Assembly: GCA_014360685.1 (NCBI GenBank)
Contig: JACIXB010000016.1
Location: 253,586 to 317,585, forward strand
Direction of reading: 5' to 3'
Length of the DNA stretch: 64,000 nucleotides
Source of the DNA: Actinomycetota bacterium
Lineage (GTDB): Bacteria > Actinomycetota > Geothermincolia > Geothermincolales > RBG-13-55-18
The notes under the pieces are model-generated. The model saw nothing but the letters and a program-made list of their open reading frames with translations. It was not told the origin of the DNA and did not search any database. Below are positions 18,327-27,787 of this stretch, piece by piece. How positions within the stretch are numbered: position 1 is the first letter of the stretch; every line of letters begins with the position of its first letter. The position numbers and the translations under genes were made by a program.

Positions 18327-18815
18327 ATGGAAAAAAACGAGGAAAGATACCTCCATCCGTCGCCGGGAATGGAGCTTTTTACGCACAGTCACAACGGGGC
18401 GGTGAGCGGGGGTCGAGGCTTGCAGGGGGACAAGGCCTTCCTCGCGGGAGGAGCCCTGATCCTCGCTTCGTCCTTCCTCTACCCCTACCTCAGGGGGTGG
18501 GTGGAACGCTTGTCACCGGGGTGTCTTTTCCGCCGGCTCACCGGACTTCCATGCCTGCTTTGCGGGATGACCCGCAGTTTCGCCGCCGTCTCCCACGGAC
18601 GCTTCTCGGATGCCTTCCGCCATCACCTGCTGGGACCGCCCCTTTATTTGTCGGTAACCGCTATGACCGCCGGGCTTGCCCTGGAGCGGGTGACCTCGCG
18701 GCGTATATTACCCCGCCCCGGCGAGGAGTCCGCGAGGCGCCTGGCGAAAGCAGGCTTAGCCCTACTGGTGGCCGCATGGGCGATACGGCTTTTTCTCTTT
18801 GGCGTGGAGGCATGA
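18327..18815 (+). CDS. DUF2752-family membrane protein
   Basis: Signature GLPCLLCGMTRSF between hydrophobic segments; the start may be the internal Met at about 18369. Confidence 0.5.
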   Translation: MEKNEERYLHPSPGMELFTHSHNGAVSGGRGLQGDKAFLAGGALILASSFLYPYLRGWVERLSPGCLFRRLTGLPCLLCGMTRSFAAVSHGRFSDAFRHHLLGPPLYLSVTAMTAGLALERVTSRRILPRPGEESARRLAKAGLALLVAAWAIRLFLFGVEA

Positions 18816-18851
18816 AGGGCCCGCGGGGCCGGAAGGAGAAAGGAGGTAGGC

Positions 18852-19502
18852 ATGGAAGGAGGTTCCTACGCGGCGCAGCCCGGAAGCCCCCTCGAGTACC
18901 AGGTGGGTACCCGGGCGAGCACGGACTTCATCACCGATCCCGGAATGGCCATCCTGCTTTCCATCGTCACCTGCGGCATCTACGGCCTGTACATCGTCTA
19001 TAAGCTGGTGCAGAGGAGGGACGAGCATTTCCGGCGCATGGCCGGGGTGGCCGACGCGGTGGCCGCCTTGCGGGCCAAGGCCCAGGGCAGGGAGGAACTC
19101 ATCGCGCCGGAACTCGCCCAGCTGGAGCAGGTGCGGGTGCAAATGGCCGCCATGGCCGCGGAACGGGGTGCCGCCATCTGGCTTCTCATCTGCATGTTCA
19201 CCGGGATTGGATCCCTCATCCTTTATTACCTGCTCATGCAGGATTACGTGCAGCATGACCTCCTGGAGGCCCAGTTCTTCACCCTGATGAGCGGGGCCCT
19301 GGCCAAGCTGGGGCTGGCCTCGGAAGCCGGACAAGCTGTACCCTCAGTGCCCCAGCGGGATTTCGTGACCTTCCTCATCCTCACCCTGGTCACCTGCGGC
19401 ATCTACGGTCTCTACTGGATGTACGTGATGATCAAGGACTTCAACGACCACTTCATGGCCCAGGTGCCCTGGGAGGACTTCCTGGTCCAGGCCCTGCGCT
19501 GA
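18852..19502 (+). CDS. DUF4234-family membrane protein (two tandem repeats)
   Basis: Repeated VTCGIYGLY(I/W) motif in two hydrophobic segments. Confidence 0.5.
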   Translation: MEGGSYAAQPGSPLEYQVGTRASTDFITDPGMAILLSIVTCGIYGLYIVYKLVQRRDEHFRRMAGVADAVAALRAKAQGREELIAPELAQLEQVRVQMAAMAAERGAAIWLLICMFTGIGSLILYYLLMQDYVQHDLLEAQFFTLMSGALAKLGLASEAGQAVPSVPQRDFVTFLILTLVTCGIYGLYWMYVMIKDFNDHFMAQVPWEDFLVQALR

Positions 19503-19519
19503 GCACGGAGGGCGGCGAT

Positions 19520-20320
19520 TCAGGCAGGCAGCCAGAGGGAGAGGGCCACCACCGCCGCCACGGCGGATACGGCGGCCAGGTCGGCGAATCGGAAGCGCAT
19601 GGACCGGTAGTGGGTACGGCTCGCCTCGCCCCGGTAGCCCCGCGCGGCCAGGGCGGCGCCCAGCTCCTCAGCGTCGCGGAAGCAGGCCGAGAACAGGGGG
19701 ACCAGCAGGGGCACGAGGTCCAACATCCTCCGCACCGGATTGCGGCCGGAGAATTCCGACCCCCGGGCCTCCTGGGCCAGGGCTATGTCCCCGGCGCGGG
19801 AGAGGAGGAGGGGGAGGAAGCGGAAGGCCGCGGTAAGGACCATGGCCGCGTCCCGGACGGGTAAACCCAGGCGGCGGAGGGGAGCGGCCAGGGACTCCAG
19901 ACCGGAGAGCATCTCCACCGGGCCGGTGGTCATGGTGAGTATGCCCAGCAAAAGGACGGCGATAACCAGCCTCAAGGAGTAAAGCACCCCGTTCGAAAGG
20001 CCGGTGTTGGTGACGGACAGCGGTCCCCATTTCCATATCTCGCGCCCGGGGGAGAAGAAGAGCTGGGCCGTGGCGGTGATCAGAAGGAGCAGGGCCACCG
20101 AACGGAGGGAGGACAGGGTTTGCCCCGGCGGAAGCTTGGCGATGTACATGGCCGCCAGGCAGAAGAGCAGGAGGAGGATCAGCCCCCCCGGCCTGCGCAC
20201 CAGGAAGGCGCTCACCAGGAGGGCCAATGTGCAGGCCAGCTTGGTCCTGGGGTCCAGGCGGTGAAGGGGAGAAGAAAGGGGGTAATACTGTCCCACGCGG
20301 ATGCGCTGCAGGCTCCTCAT
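19520..20320 (-). CDS. ecfT: Energy-coupling-factor transporter transmembrane subunit EcfT
   Basis: EcfT/CbiQ signature YYPLSSPLHRLDPRTKL; the ATG overlaps the ecfA2 stop (ATGA); the 589-aa ORF in the track is an artefact of upstream read-through. Confidence 0.8.
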   Translation of the reverse strand: MRSLQRIRVGQYYPLSSPLHRLDPRTKLACTLALLVSAFLVRRPGGLILLLLFCLAAMYIAKLPPGQTLSSLRSVALLLLITATAQLFFSPGREIWKWGPLSVTNTGLSNGVLYSLRLVIAVLLLGILTMTTGPVEMLSGLESLAAPLRRLGLPVRDAAMVLTAAFRFLPLLLSRAGDIALAQEARGSEFSGRNPVRRMLDLVPLLVPLFSACFRDAEELGAALAARGYRGEASRTHYRSMRFRFADLAAVSAVAAVVALSLWLPA

Positions 20321-21174
20321 CCCGCACCCCCTCTCATGACGGCGTCTATCCTCTCCGCCGCTTCCTCCGCGTTGCGCACGTAGGCGGGAAGCGAGGGGTA
20401 CCCGGCCCGCAGGAGATGCAGTAGCTCGACCCGGGGCGGCGGCTCCAGGCCGGCGCGCCTCAGTCCCTCCCGGTCCCCGAGCACGCTCTCCTTTTCCCCC
20501 TCCAGGATCAGGCGCCCCTCGTGGAGTACCGCGGCCCGGTCCGCCAGGAGATCGACCTCCTCCCACTCGTGGGTGACGAGGAGGATGCCCGCCCCGGAAC
20601 TGCGCAGCCGGTGGAGGAGGAGGGCCAGCCGCTCGCGCCCCTCGCCGTCCAGGCCGGAGAAAGGTTCGTCGAGGAGTAGAAAGCGGGGTTCCCTGACCAG
20701 CACCCCGGCCAGGGCCACCCGGCGCATCTCCCCCCGGCTGAGCGCGAAGGGCGGGAGCGGGGAGTAGTGGGAAGGCTCCAGGCCCACGGAACGCAGGGCA
20801 CGGGCGGTTCTCTCCCTCGCCTCCCGCCGCGGGAGAGAGGAGCGGCGCAGTCCGAAGGCCACGTCCGCCTCCACCGTCTCCGCGAACAACTGGTCCTCCG
20901 GTGACTGGAACAGGATCCCCACCGCTTCCCTCAGGCGTGCCCGGAAATCCTCCCTCCCGCCGCAGGGCATCCCGTCCAGGAAGAGGGCGCCCTTCCGAGG
21001 GGCCAGCAATCCCGACGCCACCAGGAGGAGGGTGGACTTGCCGCAACCGCTGGGGCCCAGAAGGGAGAGGATCTCGCCCTCGCGGATCTCCAGGTCCACG
21101 CCCCGCAGCACCTCCCTGGCCAGGGGAGTGCCGGCATAGTAGGTGAAATGGACGTCCTTCAAGGCGAGGCCCAT
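20317..21174 (-). CDS. ecfA: ECF transporter ATPase subunit (EcfA2)
   Basis: Walker A GPSGCGKST, Q-loop, signature LSRGEMRRVALAG, Walker B LLLDEPFSGLD. Confidence 0.8.
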   Translation of the reverse strand: MGLALKDVHFTYYAGTPLAREVLRGVDLEIREGEILSLLGPSGCGKSTLLLVASGLLAPRKGALFLDGMPCGGREDFRARLREAVGILFQSPEDQLFAETVEADVAFGLRRSSLPRREARERTARALRSVGLEPSHYSPLPPFALSRGEMRRVALAGVLVREPRFLLLDEPFSGLDGEGRERLALLLHRLRSSGAGILLVTHEWEEVDLLADRAAVLHEGRLILEGEKESVLGDREGLRRAGLEPPPRVELLHLLRAGYPSLPAYVRNAEEAAERIDAVMRGGAG

Positions 21175-22679
21175 AAACCCTCCAGGATGTCCTCCAAGCC
21201 CCTTGGGTGCTCGGGCGTCGGCCAACCCCTGCCGCGCAACTCCCGAGAAATGCGGAGGGGTTCCGGTTCCCGCGCCGCGATGCGCTCACGGAGACGGGGA
21301 AGGGAAAGGAAAAGGTGGGGCGGGCCGTCGAAGGTCACCCGCCCTTCCTCCAGGAGAACCAGGCGGTCGGCCAGGAGGAACTCCTCCGGGCGGTGGGTGA
21401 CGTGGAGGAGGGTGACCCCCCTTTCCTCGCGCTGGCGCCGAAGGAGGTCCAGGAGCTCGGACCGGCCCACGGGGTCCAGCATGGAGGTGGATTCGTCGGA
21501 TACGACGACGCGGGGTCGCAGGGCCAGCACCCCGGCCAGGGCCACCCTCTTCTTCTCGCCCGGTGAAAGCAAGTGCGGCTGGCGGCGGCGGAGGTGGGTG
21601 ACGCCCGCCAGGCTCAACGCCTCCTCCACCCGGATGGATATCTCCTCGCGGGGTAGCCCCAGGTTCTCGGGCCCGAAGGCCACGTCGTCCTCCACGGTGG
21701 CTCCCACCACCTGGTGGTCGGGGTCCTGCAGGATCATGCCCACCAGGCGGCGGATCTCGCGGAGGTCCTCCGGAGAGGAGGTGTCCAGTCCGAATACCCG
21801 CACCCTGCCCAGTCCGGGTAGCAGGAGTCCGTTCACCAGGCGGCAGAGGGTGGATTTGCCGCTGCCGTTGAGCCCGGTGAGCGCCACGAATTCCCCTTCC
21901 TCCACCACCAGGTGGAGGCCGTCGAGTGCCGGGCGGTCCTCGCGGCCTGGAAACCATATGGTAACTCCTTCCAGGAAGATGGCAGGTTCTCGGACCGTTT
22001 CGGCCTTCCGGACCCGCCCGGTGCGGATTTCGTTTCCTCCCGCGGGGACCGTGGTCGCGGTCCATCCCCCGGGTTGGCTTTCCGCCCGCGGCTCTCCTCC
22101 GCCGGCGCGGCGGGGCGAAGCCACGGGGATCAAGTACCCGGCACCCAGGGACAGGAGAAGCCTGCGGGCCAGCAAGCCGATGAGGAATCCGGTGGGCAAG
22201 GCCAGAAGGAGGAGGATGGGGAGGTAGTTCACCAGGCCCGGAAAGCCCACCAACCATACGGCCACCCCCAGTTGCGCCGCGTTGTGGGATACCGCGCCGG
22301 CGATACTCAGGCCCGTGAGTGTCATGAAAGGTGGCTTGATGAGATATACGGCCGCCATCACCAGGGTGGCGGCCGTCCCGGCGGACAGGCTGATGGTCAG
22401 GCCCACGAAGCTTCCCCGCAGCAGCCCGCCCAGGAGGCAGCGGAGCAGGTTTACGGCCAGGGCTTCCCAGGGACCGAGAGTGAAAAGGGCGATGAGGGTG
22501 GCCAGGTTGGCCAGGCCCAGCTTCACGCCGGGCAGGGGAAGGATGGGGGGCAGCATGCCCTCCAATATCTGAAGGACCAGCCCCAGGGTCACCAGCAAGC
22601 CCAGGCGGCTGACCAGGTAAGCCCGGCGGTCGGAGGGGGGTATTCCCGGTAGGGGGGACCTGTCAACGGTTGACGACAT
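21159..22679 (-). CDS. Fusion protein: N-terminal ECF S-component-like membrane domain (Gx transporter / Hpre_diP_synt_I-like, about 190 aa, 5-6 TM) plus C-terminal ECF ATPase (EcfA1)
   Basis: N-terminal domain has GVKLGLANLATLIALFTLGP and a NAAQLG helix typical of the Gx/heptaprenyl-diphosphate-synthase-component-I S-component family; C-terminal half has Walker A GLNGSGKST, signature LSPGEKKRVALAG, Walker B VVSDESTSMLD. Confidence 0.7.
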   Translation of the reverse strand: MSSTVDRSPLPGIPPSDRRAYLVSRLGLLVTLGLVLQILEGMLPPILPLPGVKLGLANLATLIALFTLGPWEALAVNLLRCLLGGLLRGSFVGLTISLSAGTAATLVMAAVYLIKPPFMTLTGLSIAGAVSHNAAQLGVAVWLVGFPGLVNYLPILLLLALPTGFLIGLLARRLLLSLGAGYLIPVASPRRAGGGEPRAESQPGGWTATTVPAGGNEIRTGRVRKAETVREPAIFLEGVTIWFPGREDRPALDGLHLVVEEGEFVALTGLNGSGKSTLCRLVNGLLLPGLGRVRVFGLDTSSPEDLREIRRLVGMILQDPDHQVVGATVEDDVAFGPENLGLPREEISIRVEEALSLAGVTHLRRRQPHLLSPGEKKRVALAGVLALRPRVVVSDESTSMLDPVGRSELLDLLRRQREERGVTLLHVTHRPEEFLLADRLVLLEEGRVTFDGPPHLFLSLPRLRERIAAREPEPLRISRELRGRGWPTPEHPRGLEDILEGLWASP

Positions 22680-23091
22680 CGGGACCCCCTTCCCCGCTCA
22701 CCACCTCGATGACTACCCGATTGGGCAGGCAGACGATGCTCTCCCCGGGACGGGAGATCCACCCCCTGCGCGCGCACAGCTTGTCCGGGCAGGCGGAGTC
22801 CACCATGCGCACCCGCCCCCCCTCGATCTCCACGTAACTCTTGCCCTGGTAGCCGTCGATGGCCAGGGATCGTTTTCCCTGCGGCAGGTCGAATTCCGCC
22901 ACCTGCCGGCCGTCGGCCAGGACGCGGACCTTGAGGCTCGACCCACCCGCCCGGCTGACCCCGTGCAGGATGAGGAAGAGGCTCAAGAAGCCCACGGCCA
23001 GGACCAGTACCACGTCGCCCGGGGCCCACCATCTCCTGAGCGACGCGGACCACCGACCGGACCGCCCGGCGTTGCCCATTCCCTTTTTCAC
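22663..23091 (-). CDS. NusG domain II-containing protein (DUF1312-like), first gene of the ECF operon
   Basis: N-terminal signal anchor plus characteristic ACPDKLCARRGWISRPGESIVCLPNRVVIEV segment; this family is usually encoded next to Gx transporter genes. Confidence 0.55.
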   Translation of the reverse strand: MKKGMGNAGRSGRWSASLRRWWAPGDVVLVLAVGFLSLFLILHGVSRAGGSSLKVRVLADGRQVAEFDLPQGKRSLAIDGYQGKSYVEIEGGRVRMVDSACPDKLCARRGWISRPGESIVCLPNRVVIEVVSGEGGPDVVNR

Positions 23092-23291
23092 CTACATCCG
23101 TCCTTCCGGTTTACGCTCATCATCCATTCTACAACCAGGCTTCCCTTGGGGCGTTATCCTCGGGCCGGCGCATCCTCCTTGCGGGTCGCGCATATTCCCG
23201 TCACGGGCCGTGCGCGTTTTCCTCCCTCTGGCTCTCCGCTTCGCCCCGCGACCCTCCTGCCTCCCCTTTCCGGAAGCGTGTCCCCTTCCGG

Positions 23292-23320
23292 TTGTTATGC
23301 CCCGGGGCCGCGCATATAAT
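23292..23320 (+). promoter_or_regulatory. Sigma-70-like promoter TTGTTA-N17-TATAAT placed 7 nt upstream of the methyltransferase ATG (leaderless-transcript candidate)
   Basis: TTGTTA at 23292-23297, TATAAT at 23315-23320, ATG at 23328; no room for an RBS. Confidence 0.4.
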
Positions 23321-23327
23321 CTTTCCT

Positions 23328-24233
23328 ATGGATGTCAAGGAAGCCAACCTGGTCTTTCACGACGAGACCAGCCGGGAATACGACCGCAAGTGGGCCATCC
23401 GCTTCGACGACGACATGGCGCGCTTCGTGCTGTCCAAGTTCGAGCTGGGCCTGGGAGGACCTTTTCCCCGCGGGGTTAAGGTCATGGAGATCGGGTGCGG
23501 CACCGGGTACGCCATGTTGAACCTGGGCCTGGCCGGGGTGCTGGACGAGGCCTGGGGGTGCGACATCTCCCAGGGCATGCTGGACGTCTGCCGGGAAAAC
23601 GCCGAGCGGCTGGGCATCAAGGTCCACCTCCGGCAGGCGGACGCCGAGGAGCTGCCCTACGAGGACGAGTCCTTCGACCTGGTCATCGGGCACGCCGTGC
23701 TCCATCACCTGCCCGACCTGGAGGCTTCACTCCGGGAGATACACCGCGTGCTCAGGCCGGGGGGGAAATGCGTGGTGGCCGGGGAGCCCACGGTGGCCGG
23801 GCATCGGCTGGCCCGGGTGGCCAAGGACGTGGCCTCCTTCGGCATCCGGTGGTACGCGAGATTGGGCGGCCGGCTGGGGAAGAGACGAATAGAGCTGCGC
23901 CGTTACCACGCCGCGGGGTTACCCGAGGACCACGAGCTGCAGGAACTGGAGTTCATGGTGGACATCCACAACTTCCGCCCCCGTGAGCTCTGCGCCCTGG
24001 CCCGAAAGGTCGGCTTCCGCGAGGTCCGCTACGAGTGCGAGGAGCTGTGCTCCAGCTTCATCGGCTGGATGATACGCACCGTGGAGGGGAGCGTCAGCGA
24101 GGAGAACATAACCGACCGCTGGAGGTGGGGAGCCTATAACACCTACAGGAGGGCCCGCGCCCTGGACCGCGTGCTCTACCGCTACCTTCCCCGCGACTGG
24201 TTCTACAACTTGATCCTCTGCCTTGGGAAGTGA
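23328..24233 (+). CDS. Class I SAM-dependent methyltransferase
   Basis: Motif I VMEIGCGTGY, acidic loop GCDIS, motif post-I LRQADAEELPYEDESFDLV, LRPGGKCVV. Confidence 0.75.
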   Translation: MDVKEANLVFHDETSREYDRKWAIRFDDDMARFVLSKFELGLGGPFPRGVKVMEIGCGTGYAMLNLGLAGVLDEAWGCDISQGMLDVCRENAERLGIKVHLRQADAEELPYEDESFDLVIGHAVLHHLPDLEASLREIHRVLRPGGKCVVAGEPTVAGHRLARVAKDVASFGIRWYARLGGRLGKRRIELRRYHAAGLPEDHELQELEFMVDIHNFRPRELCALARKVGFREVRYECEELCSSFIGWMIRTVEGSVSEENITDRWRWGAYNTYRRARALDRVLYRYLPRDWFYNLILCLGK

Positions 24234-25009
24234 CGGGAAGGGAGGCCGCCTTGGGGGGCTGCAGCCGGGAGGCCGTGGAGGCCGTGCGGGAGGTGGAGAA
24301 GGCCCAGGGCCTGGGAGACGGGGAGCGTCCCCGGGGCTGGAGGTGGTTCGCCCGCACCGTCCGCTTCGTGATCTCCAGGCGCATGTACACCCCCCGTTAC
24401 TGGGTCTTCCTCTACCGTTTCCTGCGTTTTAAGATCCTCCATCCCCGGGTGGAGACGGAGGGTTTCATCTTCCTTCCCCGCCGCTACGAGGTGGTGCTCA
24501 AGAAGGGGGGGCGCATAAAGATCGGGCGTTGGGTATGGATAGGCAGGAACAACGCCATCCGCTGCCACGAGGGGGAGCTGTACATCGGGGACAACACCAT
24601 CTTCGGCACGGACAACACGGTGAACTGCTACGCCGGGGTGTACATCGGGCCGGAGTGTCTCTTCGCCGACTCCGTCTATATCGTGGATTTCGACCACAAT
24701 TACTGGGACCCGGAGATCTCCATACGTTCCCAGGGTATCACCAAGAAGCCCATCCGCCTGGAGGGGGATATCTGGGTGGGGGAGAAGGTGACCATCCTGC
24801 GGGGGGTGACCGTGGGAAGGGGATCGGTCATCGGGGCCATGAGCCTGGTCAACCGGGACGTTCCTCCTTACGCGGTGGTGGGGGGAGTGCCGGCGCGGGT
24901 CATCGGCTGGAGGCCCCGCCCGGTTGGAGGCACCCGCGGAGGCGGCGGGACGTCGCCGCTCGGATCCTTGGAGAGTGGACGCGGGGAGGAAACCGGGAGC
25001 AACTCCTGA
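24230..25009 (+). CDS. Hexapeptide-repeat (left-handed beta-helix) acetyltransferase / acyltransferase
   Basis: Repeated [LIV]GxxxxIGxxxxI hexads (IGDNTIFGTDNTVNCYAGVYIGPECLF...VGEKVTILRGVTVGRGSVIGAMSLV); start overlaps the methyltransferase stop, with an alternative internal Met at about 24383. Confidence 0.7.
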   Translation: MTGREAALGGCSREAVEAVREVEKAQGLGDGERPRGWRWFARTVRFVISRRMYTPRYWVFLYRFLRFKILHPRVETEGFIFLPRRYEVVLKKGGRIKIGRWVWIGRNNAIRCHEGELYIGDNTIFGTDNTVNCYAGVYIGPECLFADSVYIVDFDHNYWDPEISIRSQGITKKPIRLEGDIWVGEKVTILRGVTVGRGSVIGAMSLVNRDVPPYAVVGGVPARVIGWRPRPVGGTRGGGGTSPLGSLESGRGEETGSNS

Positions 25010-25273
25010 AGGCGCGGCCGGTGCCCGACGGCGGTCCGCCGGGCGGCTTTGCCCGGGGGAAGGTGTTCCAGGGCCGGGTGTGGGAGTGCCTGCCCGGCAG
25101 GCCGGCGGATTTTCAGTCCCGGGGGAAGTCCACGGGGAGGCATCACCCACGGGGCGTTGACCGTGGCGAGACGCGGGGAAGGGCCGTTCCGGCGGGGAGG
25201 CGAAAACCCGGACTTATATGGTAAATAATGGGATTTAGCCGGGAGCTTTCACCCGGCGGGGGGTGCGGCGTTC

Positions 25274-26263
25274 GTGGCGCAGAAGGATATCGACCCGGAA
25301 CTCAGGCGCGACCTCTTGACCGGGGGTTGGACCATCTTGGCGCCCGCGCGCTCCCGGCGCCCGGGAGGGGGAAAGGATGGGCGGGGGAGGGGACCCTGCC
25401 CCTTCTGCCCCGGCAACGAGCGGCTCACTCCCCCGGAGGTTTGGGCGGAGAGCGAAGGGCCCCGTTCCAAGGACGGGCCGGGATGGAACATAAGGGTGGT
25501 CCCCAACCTCTACCCGGCGCTGGTCGAGAACCCCGGAACCGGTGGCAAGGCCGGCGGGAGGATGCCGGCACGAGGTTTCCACGAGGTGATAATCCACTCC
25601 CCCCGCCACGATCTGTCCCTGGAGCGCATGGACCCGGAGTCGGCCTACCGGCTCATGCGCGCCTATCGCCTCCGTTACCGCGAACTCTGCGGGCACCCGT
25701 GGGTCAGGCAAGTCCTGGTCACCCTCAACCACGGCCGCGAGGCGGGGGCCTCCCTGGAACACCCTCATACCCAGGTCTTCGCCCTTCCCCTGGTGCCCCG
25801 GGCGATACGGGAGGAACTCGGACGCTGGAGGAGGGCGGCCGCTCGGGGTTGTCCTCTCTGTGCGGCGGTGGAGGAAGCCCGGCGGGAGGAGAGGCTGATC
25901 CTGGAGAACGGGTCCTTCGCCGCCTTGGCTCCCTTCGCCTCCCGCCAGCCCTACGAGACCTGGTTCGTTCCCCTACGCCACGGGGAGGATTTCTCCCGCG
26001 CCGGTGAGGCGGAGCTCAGGGGGATGGCCGACATCCTGTGCCGGGTGCTCAGGGGGCTGGCCGGGCTCCTCGACCATCCCCCCTACAACCTCTGGCTGCA
26101 CTCCGCGCCCTGCGACGGGTCGGAATACGCCTATTATCACTGGCACTTGGAGCTGGTCCCCCGCCTCGTGGTCACCGCGGGCTTCGAGCTGGCCTCGGGA
26201 CTGTTCATCAACCCGCTTCCTCCCGAGGAGGCCGCCCGGAGGCTCCGCGGCATCATGGGGTGA
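25274..26263 (+). CDS. Galactose-1-phosphate uridylyltransferase-like HIT-family nucleotidyltransferase (GalT family)
   Basis: Zn/active-site motifs CPFCPGNE and HPHTQV, second half-barrel with HWHLE; about 329 aa. Confidence 0.7.
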   Translation: MAQKDIDPELRRDLLTGGWTILAPARSRRPGGGKDGRGRGPCPFCPGNERLTPPEVWAESEGPRSKDGPGWNIRVVPNLYPALVENPGTGGKAGGRMPARGFHEVIIHSPRHDLSLERMDPESAYRLMRAYRLRYRELCGHPWVRQVLVTLNHGREAGASLEHPHTQVFALPLVPRAIREELGRWRRAAARGCPLCAAVEEARREERLILENGSFAALAPFASRQPYETWFVPLRHGEDFSRAGEAELRGMADILCRVLRGLAGLLDHPPYNLWLHSAPCDGSEYAYYHWHLELVPRLVVTAGFELASGLFINPLPPEEAARRLRGIMG

Positions 26264-26353
26264 GGTTGCGCATGGTTTTCCGCCGGGTTCACCGGCGTAA
26301 AGCGGAGGGAAACCGGGGTCCGTCACCGGGGCGGGGGTTCGTGACCGGGATCC

Positions 26354-27763
26354 TCATCCCCCTTCCTCGGTCGGAAAACGGTGAAAGTCCACGTAGTAGC
26401 GGAGGGAGAGGCAGGCGGCGGTGGGGGTCAGGTAGGCGGGAACCCCCGCCTGGTACAGCCTGGCCGCCTGGGGCTGGACCAGGGAGCTGGGAAAAAGTAC
26501 CACCACCACGGGCTTGGACATCTCGGGCTTGGCTTTCAGCACCTCGTCGGTGATGGCCTGGATCAGCCCGATGTCCCCGTCGCGGGAGGCGGGGGCGCTC
26601 CCCACGGCCAGTATTATGTCCACCTCGGGGTCCCGGTCCAGGAGCTCGAGCACCCGCCTGTAGTTCCCGGGGACCACCGCCCCGAATCCCAGGTCCACCG
26701 GGTTGGAGAAACTGGTGCCCTCCCGGGGGAGGAAGGAAGCCAACGCCTCCCGGGTCCGGGGGGAGACCCGGGCCATGGAGAGCCCCGCCCTCTCCACGGA
26801 GTCGGCGGAGTTCACCCCCAGGCCGCCGGGAGCGCTGACCACCGCCACCCGGTCCCCCCCGCAGGGGGGGAGGTGGAGGAGGGCGGAAGCGAAGTCCAGC
26901 ATCTGGGCCAGGTCCTCGGCCAGCACGATTCCCGCCTGGCGGGCCGCTCCACGGAAGATCTCCGCGCTGCCCCCCAGGGCGGCGGTGTGGCTGGCCGCCG
27001 CCCGCTCCCCGGAGGGGGTCAGCCCGCCCTTGATCATCACCAGGGGCTTCCTTCCCCGCATGCGCAAGGCCGTGTCCAGGAAACGGCGGGCGTCGCGCAC
27101 CTCCTCGAGGTAGGCCAGTACGATCTCCACCCCTGGGTCCTCGGCCAGGTATTCCAGGTAATCGGCGCAGTTGAGGTCCAGCTCGTTCCCGCTGGAGACG
27201 ATCTTGTCGAAGAGGATGCCCCTCTCCATGCCGGTGAGGAAGCTGATGCTGGAGATGGACCCGCTCTGGGAGATCATCCCGGCCCGCCCCGGGACCGGGA
27301 ACATCCCGGCGAAGAGGGCCACCTTGCCCCGGGCGGAATAGATACCCATGCAGTTGGGGCCCACCAGCCGCAGGCGGCTTCGGCGCAGGATCTCCCGGAT
27401 TTCTTCCTCCAGGCGCTTTCCCTCGGGGCGGCCGGTCTCCGCGAAACCCGCGGTGTTGACCACGCAGCCCCCCACACCGGCCTCGGCGCACTCCCGCACC
27501 AGCCCGGGAACCGCTTCCGGGGGGACGCTGAGGATGACCAGGTCGGGAACCCGGGGCAGGGAAGAGATATCGGGGTAGCATTTCATCCCCATTATCTCCT
27601 CGTGGCGGGGGTTGACCGGGAAGAGGTCCCCCTCGAATCCCATGTCCAGGAAGGAGCGCAAAAGCAGGGTCCCGGGATTGTCCCGCCGTTCGGAAACTCC
27701 CGCGATGGCCGCGGCGCGGGGATGGAAGATGCGGTCCAGGCTTTCCTTAAGCCGCGGGTCCAT
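26354..27763 (-). CDS. Acyl-CoA synthetase (NDP-forming) alpha-subunit-like CoA-binding protein
   Basis: CoA-binding Rossmann fold (AAIAGVSERRDNPGTLLLRSF...LFPVNP...VPDLVILSVPPEAVPGLVRECAEAGV) and succinyl-CoA-synthetase-like ligase-CoA domain with phosphohistidine-loop context; no ATP-grasp beta subunit is present in the window. Confidence 0.65.
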   Translation of the reverse strand: MDPRLKESLDRIFHPRAAAIAGVSERRDNPGTLLLRSFLDMGFEGDLFPVNPRHEEIMGMKCYPDISSLPRVPDLVILSVPPEAVPGLVRECAEAGVGGCVVNTAGFAETGRPEGKRLEEEIREILRRSRLRLVGPNCMGIYSARGKVALFAGMFPVPGRAGMISQSGSISSISFLTGMERGILFDKIVSSGNELDLNCADYLEYLAEDPGVEIVLAYLEEVRDARRFLDTALRMRGRKPLVMIKGGLTPSGERAAASHTAALGGSAEIFRGAARQAGIVLAEDLAQMLDFASALLHLPPCGGDRVAVVSAPGGLGVNSADSVERAGLSMARVSPRTREALASFLPREGTSFSNPVDLGFGAVVPGNYRRVLELLDRDPEVDIILAVGSAPASRDGDIGLIQAITDEVLKAKPEMSKPVVVVLFPSSLVQPQAARLYQAGVPAYLTPTAACLSLRYYVDFHRFPTEEGG

Positions 27764-27787
27764 GGTCCCTTACGCTCATGGGGCGGC

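Noticed and set aside
19520-21289. 589-aa minus-strand ORF from the track spanning ecfT and most of ecfA2 in another frame
   Set aside because: Its N-terminal 320 aa are low-complexity Pro/Gly/Arg-rich translation of the antisense/alternate frame. The real gene is ecfT, starting at the ATG at 20320 that overlaps the ecfA2 stop.
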